Position numbers and translations under genes: made by a program
The notes under the pieces: model-generated
Databases searched by the model: none
Told to the model about the DNA's origin: nothing
Seen by the model: the letters and a program-made list of their open reading frames with translations, nothing else
In this document: piece after piece, positions 55,763 to 64,000 of the stretch
Numbering within the stretch: the first letter of the stretch is position 1
Layout: every line of letters starts with the position of its first letter
Source: Eledone cirrhosa
Taxonomy: Eukaryota
DNA length: 64,000 nt
Assembly: GCA_964016885.1 (NCBI GenBank)
Contig: OZ024740.1
Span: 88,474,001 to 88,538,000, forward strand
Direction: 5' to 3'

Positions 55763-57049
55763 GATGCGGCACAATGGTAGATACGGCACAATTATATAAA
55801 TACGGCACAATTTACGAAAAAGAGATCGGTTAGCTAAAAATTTCAATCCATTAAATAACAAACTATTGAAACTTCGTACAAATAAAAATCAATTTTTATT
55901 TACACTACATGATATTACGATAACAATGCTGCCTATAGAATGTAACACAAATATAATTCAACGTCAATTACAAAGAAAATAAGTGAGTATGTTTGGTGCA
56001 AGTATTAATGAATGGCAGGACAAACGATAAATATCCTGCGAAATGTTAATTTTCTTGTATCCAAATGACACGCAATTATTAGTGCCTTGAACAGAATTCG
56101 TTATGCATGAAGATGTTATTGAATAGAACTTCCAAATTCCGAATCTTACCAACATAGATTTGTGAGACAACTCTCACTGGCATAAGATTCTCACTTGTTT
56201 TTATAAACTGCTGTCATGTGAACAAAAGTGTTCGGGCTTTATTTGGGGGTTGCACCCATATTTTGATTTGCAATGTGACAGGTATGCTTGAAAAGGGGCG
56301 TAACACAAGGGGCAAGTATACACAGACCTATAGGGTGTATTTTAAATAAATTTCTCAATGACATTCACCCCCCCCCCCATACATCAAGCGTTTAACTGAT
56401 GTTGTAGTGTATCGGTCCCTTGTGTTGTTTTTCCTCGTTAATGTTTCGCATGCACTACATACATGCATATGTACATAAATACATAGAAATGGCACCTTCA
56501 AATCTACGGTTCCAGAAATACAGCTTCACTAAATATGTCAGTGCTGTAATTTCGACCATTTGTGGAATGAAAGAATCAACCAAACCTCCGAGGAGTTCGA
56601 GAATAATAACAAACCCACATAATCTTGGAAACTGACAAAAGAAAATTCTGGTAAGAGGAAAAATGTGGCATACATGAAAGTTGAAGACAAGAATGGAACT
56701 CGGATGGGAAAATGTTAACAATCTCCTATCAAAATTTGCCCCAATATTTGAAAACTGTATAGAGATAAGCATAGTTGAATTCCATGCTGATGGAGAGGAC
56801 ATCGGTCTAAAGACAACCAGGCAAAGCTCATAGACTTGATATTTTAAAAATAGACCTGTAGAAATCAGCCAAGGTTCGCAAGTCTCTAAGAGATTTCTGC
56901 ATTGAAACCTTTGAAGGTCAAAGACCTGAGCAGTGGGAAATAGGTAGAGTTCCAATTCTCACGAACTATAAATACTTAAGTATTACCTTGTTTCAGCCAA
57001 GGTTTGCTATAGTATGGTCTTGAATAGAATCTTACCATCAATCAGCAAT

Positions 57050-58100
57050 TTTCTACGCTCCAGCCAAAATGAATTTTGCCCTTCAGATATCGTGGCCCAA
57101 ATACGAAATATTGATGAGGTACGGGATCTCGAGAAAAAGCGGAATTTTCCTTCATATATTTCAAGGATGTCTTCGATTTGATAAACTGAAAGAGGATGAT
57201 CAACATTCTTCTTACGTATGGGGTAATTCATCAGATTCTAGCATTTGTAATAAATAGAAACACATACTTATTCTATATCGACATCGGGGTCCTCCAGGGA
57301 AATGCTTTGGCTCCCATACTTTTAGTAATGTGCCTTGATTTTGCTTTGAGTAATGTTATTGCACCATCAGATGACATAATGCTGAAAAGTCGGTAAAGTA
57401 CCAGATGCCTGGAGAAGTTCTACCTTAACTGGCTTATGCAGATAATATTGGAGTACATTATCAAAAGAAACTGAGGTCATATTACAGAAAATTGAAGTTA
57501 CAGCGCTGTAACTGGGACTTCTCCTGAATGTTAATAATATAAATTTCTTGCAACTCAATGTAACAATATATCAAATGCATGTACTAGCGTGTTCGGAGAT
57601 TGAAAATAATGACTTCTTGTACCTAGGCAGCTGACCAAATACAGAAAACAATGAGGACATCTGGTTAAATCAGGCATGGAGAGCTCTCTGAAGATTCTAT
57701 AAAAAATAAGAGTATTTCTAATCAAGAAAATAACGAGAATATGGATATATAAAGCACCGGTTGAGTCTATTTCCCAACATTCTCACCAAGGATATCAATG
57801 GCACACGTACGCGAATGTTGACAATGGTTCAGAATATTTCATGGAAAGCATATCTAACCAATAAATCGGACTATCGTCCACATATACGGTTTTCTGGCAT
57901 CATAAAACGATGGATGTTTACATTAGATGGAGCCGTAACACTTCACAATTAAGCTGCTGACAGAGTTCTTCGCTGGAAAGCAGTTGTGTACAAAGCAGTT
58001 GTGTTAGGAGGCCAACGATCATACTGAAGAAAGTCCTAGAAAATGACCATGATTGAAGTAATAGAATTTCCTGTGGCAACAGTGCTGTATAGAGGATGAA
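57050..58100 (+). mobile_element. Heavily decayed RTE-like LINE, related to 25926-26400
   Basis: GVLQGNALAPILLVMCLDFAL; tatgcagataat (YAD-like); NGTRTRMLTMVQNISW. Confidence 0.65.
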
Positions 58101-58192
58101 ACTTGTCATGATACCAGTAACACATGAGTAGGAGAAGGTTCTCATTTTCTCTCTCTCACTCCCTCCTTTCACTTTAATATATATATATATAA

Positions 58193-58294
<102 letters not shown>

Positions 58295-58308
58295 ATGTGT
58301 GTGCGTGC

Positions 58309-58340
<32 letters not shown>

Positions 58341-58356
58341 ATATATATATTATGTC

Positions 58357-58959
58357 AGGTCACCAGTTGGTGCTACTGGTAACATGTATCCCAGTACAAC
58401 CTGTCTCATGGTCGGGTCGTTGGCGACTAAACTGGCAACCCCACCAAGGTTTCTTGGTGAGGAGGGTGACTTTGGACATCCTGCAGGACTAAAAACAAAG
58501 CATGTCAAAGTGCGAAGGAGCTCTGAAGAGTCAATGGCCATCCAAAATCACCGGGAGAGATGACCCATTAGCCTTTGTCAAGGCAGAATTCTAGGAGAAG
58601 GAAAACTCTGATATAACACCTGCAACCCTGATGGTATCCAATGATGTTGACTTCTTCTTCTTTTTGGTAAATATCATCTTGGTTAAGAGAGTGGCACTGG
58701 CTTTGTGCAGTGCCTTTGCTCACTATAAAAGCTTCACGGCACAGGCATTGCTTTATATCTGGAGATCTCTCTGCACTTGTCGTCACATGGTACCATGGGC
58801 CCAGCACTATGTGTCAATGATTGTCACAGGTGTAGTGTTTTTACCAGAGTTTTCAAGTCGCTGGCTGGACTAAAAAGTCACACTTGTTTAGCGCATCGGT
58901 AGGGGTTCTCGTACATGGATATAAAGTAGTGGCCGTACTCGAAAACGAGTTGGCAGCCA

Positions 58960-58962
<3 letters not shown>
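58357..58962 (+). mobile_element. Longer copy of the non-coding element at 30199-30762
   Basis: Sequence similarity to the first copy; TA/TG repeats on both flanks. Confidence 0.8.
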
Positions 58963-59011
<49 letters not shown>

Positions 59012-59030
59012 CCACACACCCACACACACA

Positions 59031-59123
<93 letters not shown>

Positions 59124-59166
59124 TCGTAAATACATACATGCACACACACACACAAGCACATATCCA

Positions 59167-59211
<45 letters not shown>

Positions 59212-59749
59212 ACACACACATACACACACATACATATATGTGTAGAAAGAAACTGACAAAGAAGCGTTTGTAAGATTTTTCTATTCTTATGGTTATGTTC
59301 AGTTGTTATTGGCATAAACATATGAAACTGTAGAAACTATAGCAAGGAAAGAGAGAGAGTGAGGGGGATAGAGAGAGAGAAGGAGAGAGAGAGAGTGAGA
59401 GAGAAACGTCGAGACTTGTCACTAGTTATTGGTTATTAAAGATTCTTTGACAGTTCGTCTCTACTTTTAGAGAAAGTGAGCCATTTTTATAACAGGATGA
59501 CACGTCTAAGTGTTGTCTTCGTTTCCTCATAAAGTCTCCAAATATAAATATAAATGAACTCTTTTACAAAGGCCTCTGTCAACGAATGTCATGAGCACAC
59601 ACGGAATGACATAAGCAATAATGTTAGAAATAACTAAAATTCTCGCTAGTTATTAATGTTCGCATATACTTTGGCATTGGTTTGCAGCTTTTCTGCTATT
59701 GTTAGTTAGATTGTTAAAACTATTTGTATTATATTATTACGTTCCCGAA

Positions 59750-59935
59750 GGCGGTGGATTGGCTGTATCGGTAGAGGGTCGGACGCCATGCTTTGACGCA
59801 AAGAGTTACGTCCCTTTCCATTCTGAGTTCAAATCCCGCCGAGGTTAACTTTGCCTTTCATCCTTAGGGGGTCGATAAGATAAAGTACCAGTAATACACT
59901 GTATAATTGCTGGCCTTGTGCCAAAAGTAGAAACA
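59750..59935 (+). mobile_element. tRNA-SINE, full length, 13-bp TSD
   Basis: TSD attattacgttcc on both sides; A box TGGCTGTATCGGT, B box GAGTTCAAATCC. Confidence 0.93.
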
Positions 59936-60075
59936 ATTATTACGTTCCATATGTTGCACAATGGCAAATTATAAGCAAATAAATGCAGTAACTGAATATT
60001 CAGAAGCGATATGTATCGTATATATGTACTATCTTATTTAGAATATATGGTTAAAGATATAACGCACTTCCTCTG

Positions 60076-60117
<42 letters not shown>

Positions 60118-60505
60118 GGAATCTAGCTGTCGTCTGTTCTACAGTGTGGATGTCATTCACTTCGCACAGAAGTTTTGTTCAAATTTATTGAGGAAATTTT
60201 GTGAGTTCAAACTTAATTTTGATACAATTGTGTAGCTTGACCCTCCGTCTGAACTGTCAGGCGGTGGGTCAGCTCATCTTTACCCCTCCTAGAGGCGAAA
60301 AACCTGTTTTAAAAAAAAATTTGTGTAAAAAATTTCAATCGTCTAACAGAAATGTTAAACGCAGCGAACGAAAATAGTGGTGGGGGGACAGCGGTAAGAG
60401 TTGTAAGCTCGCACGCTTTAGTCCTCCCTTCCTTCCCAACTAACGTCATAGAGAAGGAAGGAAAAATGAAAATAAAAACGGACGAATCTGCGGAGAAAAA
60501 ATTAA

Positions 60506-62230
60506 ATGTCGAAAACAACGAAGAAAAAAAAATTTGAAAAATTGCATGACAATACTAATAACACAAACAAAGACACAACAAACAAAAAAATAACAGTTGA
60601 AAATAACATAATATCAGAAAACAAAGCAGACGACAAGACTTCATTTGCACAGAAAACAAAGAAATCTTTGACTTATATAGCGGAAAACATTTCAGATGTG
60701 GTACGAAGGATCACGGACGCAAAACAATACATAAGTGAAGGTGAGAATGGTATTTTATTGGTAAAAATGCCTCAAGAATTCACGAAAGACATTGAAAGCC
60801 GAACGGTCAAGTTTCGGACCATCAACAACAGTACAAAAAAACCTGAACAGCCTTCTCAAGCAGATATCAAAACAGTACTCGCAGAAGTACTGAATGAAAC
60901 AACTTTCATAAGAAAAGACAGACTGTATGGAAGCCTAGCAATTATCATGAAGAACGAATCGGCGGCAAAAAAATGTGCTTTGTCACCGATTCGTTCGAAA
61001 AATTTCACCTTTTATCCATCTTATATGGGGAAAAAAACTCAACGCATATGGCTGGATGCAATGATGCCAGATGTGGACTACTGCTGGCTCATAGCTGGCT
61101 TCATCGATCCAGTGAATGACAACGTGATTTCCATTGGGAAAACCACAGGCAATGCGTTCAGTGGAACAGGTATAGAGCTGGTAGTACAAATGAAGCCTGA
61201 ACGCATCGCCCAAATACCCGACAGAATCCTATTAGAGGACCACGGGTATATAAACATTAGCGTGGAGGGGAGAAGGCCGTCCTGCCATATCTGTGCAGGC
61301 AGAGGGCACCTGAAGGCCGCTTGTCCCCAACTCAACAAAAAGAAAACCCTGCTACCAACACCAGCTCCACCACCACCACCACAACAGATAAACAAACAAC
61401 AAAACTCAGTCCCACCCAACCCGTCCCTCAGTAACACCACAACACCACCACAACACAAACAGTCACAACACATTACCCCAAAACAAAATACAGGCCCACC
61501 CAACCTCTCACTCAATAAAACAACACAACCACCGCAGACACAACACACAACACAGTCTAACATAGTGACATCCATCTCCCCCACAAAGAAAACCAACACG
61601 GAAACATTACCAGCAAACATACCTCTTCCCTCCAACACTGAAGATAACCCAACGAATTCGGAGGAAGAAACGGAGTCCTTCAGACAGATTAAAAGGAAAA
61701 AAAGAAAACATGTGCAAAACACACAAGGACAAACAACCCCCACCCAAATCGCAACACAATCTAACAAAACAGAAAACACCCCTCCAGCAACAAACAAAAC
61801 CAAACCTGCCCCTCCCCTCTTCGAAACACTCACACCATCGGAAAAAAAGACACTACACTATACTTACATCAACAGAAACAATAATAAATTAAATGAACTC
61901 ATATACAATAATCCTTCGGTACAAACCGAAGGTGTAAACTTTGTTTCTTCAGAAAACCACCCACATTTAAAACTAATAAAAATCCCAATGAACCTCTACC
62001 AAAAACTAAAAAAGGATTTTAAGGAGGACGTAGGACCACCCTCTGTCAAACCCATAAACCGCGTCCTACTAAAAAGCTTTCCCCCTCCCCTTCCCCTCCC
62101 CAACACAACTCCAAACACCCCAACCCCACCACACACCGACGACCCCACACCACCACAAGACACCCCTTCACCCAACACCCCCGACCCCATGGAAGTCGTG
62201 CAACCCGAACCCCGGGAAGCGGAAAGGTAG
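60506..62230 (+). CDS. Tx1 ORF1p with CCHC zinc knuckle and Pro/Thr/Gln-rich region
   Basis: 574-aa ORF, VEGRRPSCHICAGRGHLKAACP; the true start may be 60352 via a frameshift in an A-run. Confidence 0.88.
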   Translation: MSKTTKKKKFEKLHDNTNNTNKDTTNKKITVENNIISENKADDKTSFAQKTKKSLTYIAENISDVVRRITDAKQYISEGENGILLVKMPQEFTKDIESRTVKFRTINNSTKKPEQPSQADIKTVLAEVLNETTFIRKDRLYGSLAIIMKNESAAKKCALSPIRSKNFTFYPSYMGKKTQRIWLDAMMPDVDYCWLIAGFIDPVNDNVISIGKTTGNAFSGTGIELVVQMKPERIAQIPDRILLEDHGYINISVEGRRPSCHICAGRGHLKAACPQLNKKKTLLPTPAPPPPPQQINKQQNSVPPNPSLSNTTTPPQHKQSQHITPKQNTGPPNLSLNKTTQPPQTQHTTQSNIVTSISPTKKTNTETLPANIPLPSNTEDNPTNSEEETESFRQIKRKKRKHVQNTQGQTTPTQIATQSNKTENTPPATNKTKPAPPLFETLTPSEKKTLHYTYINRNNNKLNELIYNNPSVQTEGVNFVSSENHPHLKLIKIPMNLYQKLKKDFKEDVGPPSVKPINRVLLKSFPPPLPLPNTTPNTPTPPHTDDPTPPQDTPSPNTPDPMEVVQPEPREAER

Positions 62231-62263
62231 GTCTCTACACTCTCCTTTGGCTCTGCCGCCCAC

Positions 62264-64000
62264 ATGGATGTGTTAAGAGTAGGATGTTTGAATGCACGTG
62301 GCCTGGGCTCAACTTGGAAGCAAGCAAAGCTTCTAAATGACCTCAGGTCATGTAGTATAAATGTAATGGTTATCTGTGAGACTCGAATCAGCGTCATGCG
62401 GCAGCTGGCCCCCACCTTCGATGACTTTGAGGTGCATGCATCTCTCTGTCAACCTGGAGGTGGGGGTGGGGTTGTCGTGCTGCTGCAAAAACACCTGGGT
62501 CTTGCCGTACAGGTTGTGCACTCGGACCCGGAGGGTCGTTTGTTGGTGCTAGACGTTGGCAGTAGTGAAAGTGCGGCCTTGAGACTGGTCGCCGTCTACT
62601 CCCCTTTCGGAGCTGAACGGCCCGACTTCTTCCAGCGTTTGGAGACTTTTCTGGGAACGTCGCGTTCCCTGCTTCTAGCGGGGGATTGGAATGACATCCT
62701 GGATGCACGTTGGGACTATGCAGGAGCATGTCCTAATAGAGGGGGGTGTAACAGCCTCAAGGGGTTACTCGACCGTTTTAACTTGGTCGATAGATATCGA
62801 CTAGATTTTCCAACTGTGCCTACCTGGACTTGGAGAAACCACAGTGGTCAATCTAGATCGTACTTAGATAGATTCTTAGTTAGAAGTAAGGATAGGGACA
62901 TATTAAGCTGTCCAGAAATGCGCACGGTTGGCTACACGGATCACAAATTAGTGACCTGCGTGGTCAATCTCGAGAAAACACATAGACAGGGTCCCGGTTA
63001 CTGGAAACTTAATTTGTCTTTACCGGCAAAAGAGACTTACAGAAACCGGATTAGCAGATTAGTTAAGGAGAGGTTGACGGGTGCAATCGTCAACAACCGA
63101 TGGTGGGCATCTCTCAAAAGAGAGATTAGAACAGAATCAATAAGTTATAGCAAGATGTTAGCTGCCAATAGGAATAGAAACGAGAAAGAATTAACAGGTA
63201 AATTAGAAGAGGCAATCAAGAGCGAAGATGTGGCCAGAGTGCTGGCATCGAGGACGGCCTTGAACCAGTTTTTCGATGCAAAGCATGAAGGCTGCGTCAT
63301 TCGAAGTAAAATACGTGCTCTAGGTAATGAGGGGGCCAAAGCCGTTGGATGGGCCCGCGTGACAGAAGCTAAAAGTGGAAATCGATCCACCATCCGGTCG
63401 TTGCAAGACGAAGATGGACGAGTGATCCGGGAGCCTAAGCAGATGTGCGAGGCCTTTCAAAAGCACTTTGCCCGATTGTTCGGGGGAGGCGAGGGTCCGG
63501 GCCGGGGCGTGGATTTCGGTCCATACCTCGACGGCCTGCCGCGTCTCTCGAGCAAAGAGGCAGAGTCCTGCGAGGGACCAATCTCGGCTGATGAGATCGG
63601 AGATGCGCTGAGCCAATGCAGCAGACGCAAATCTCCAGGTCTCGATGGTATACCTTACGAACTTTATTTAGCAATGCCGGTCTTCTTCTCCGAACTCCTC
63701 GAAGCGGTCTACTGCAATTGGCAGCAGAACGGGAGAATTCCTTGTTCTGTAGCCAAGGGCGTAGTCACGCTGGTGAGGAAGGACGAGAACAAGGGGGATA
63801 GTATAAATAATTTTCGGCCCATAACCCTGCTAAACACAGAGTTAAAGATTTTGGCCAAGGTGTTAGCAAAGAGGTTGGCGCTTGTCGTGGGTGGCCTGGT
63901 GGGAGATGCGCAGACATGTGCTATCCCATCCAGGTCCATTCACGATAACCTCCACCTCATGCGATACATCATAGAGAGGGTTGGCAACAAACCCGGCTTC
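62264..64000 (+). CDS. Tx1 ORF2p (APE endonuclease plus start of RT), 3'-partial
   Basis: MDVLRVGCLNARGLG, LAGDWN, SYLDRF, TDHKLV, PGYWKLN, KSPGLDGIPYELY, NFRPITLLN; start and end of the segment are in the same frame and no stop was seen. Confidence 0.9.
   Translation, partial: MDVLRVGCLNARGLGSTWKQAKLLNDLRSCSINVMVICETRISVMRQLAPTFDDFEVHASLCQPGGGGGVVVLLQKHLGLAVQVVHSDPEGRLLVLDVGSSESAALRLVAVYSPFGAERPDFFQRLETFLGTSRSLLLAGDWNDILDARWDYAGACPNRGGCNSLKGLLDRFNLVDRYRLDFPTVPTWTWRNHSGQSRSYLDRFLVRSKDRDILSCPEMRTVGYTDHKLVTCVVNLEKTHRQGPGYWKLNLSLPAKETYRNRISRLVKERLTGAIVNNRWWASLKREIRTESISYSKMLAANRNRNEKELTGKLEEAIKSEDVARVLASRTALNQFFDAKHEGCVIRSKIRALGNEGAKAVGWARVTEAKSGNRSTIRSLQDEDGRVIREPKQMCEAFQKHFARLFGGGEGPGRGVDFGPYLDGLPRLSSKEAESCEGPISADEIGDALSQCSRRKSPGLDGIPYELYLAMPVFFSELLEAVYCNWQQNGRIPCSVAKGVVTLVRKDENKGDSINNFRPITLLNTELKILAKVLAKRLALVVGGLVGDAQTCAIPSRSIHDNLHLMRYIIERVGNKPGF

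Larger units (their letters stand above)
60240..64000 (+). mobile_element. Young Tx1-clade element of a different subfamily; runs off the window
   Basis: Long open ORF1 and ORF2; 5' boundary approximate. Confidence 0.9.

Noticed and set aside
61078-61833. 251-aa antisense ORF and other antisense ORFs within LINEs
   Set aside because: Shadow frames of the C/A-rich coding strand.

Overview
Repeat-saturated, AT-rich animal genomic DNA; the SINE and microsatellite landscape suggests a cephalopod such as an octopus, but that is inference. No host protein-coding gene, rRNA, tRNA gene or CRISPR array is recognisable. 160-18331 is a cluster of Tx1-clade (L1 group) retrotransposon copies on the minus strand plus one R4/Dong element on the plus strand, all inside (AAT)n microsatellite. 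The rest holds a second Dong copy, RTE and CRE fragments, a Penelope-like GIY-YIG remnant, about a dozen copies of a tRNA-derived SINE, and a nearly intact Tx1 element running off the right end. Two less obvious systems stand out. (1) About ten intact-looking or decayed, sequence-distinct type I hammerhead ribozyme motifs, mostly with a palindromic stem III, sit in non-coding 360-550 bp units. These units form tandem plus inverted arrays inside (TA)n tracts, and in every inverted case the ribozymes point outward (retrozyme / Penelope pseudo-LTR-like). (2) The SINE shares a spaced 3' motif, CCTTGTG-N8-AGAAA-N2-(ATT)n, and an ATT target with the Tx1 element, and hit the same nucleotide in two Tx1 copies. 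All structures were read by eye; no folding or database search was run.
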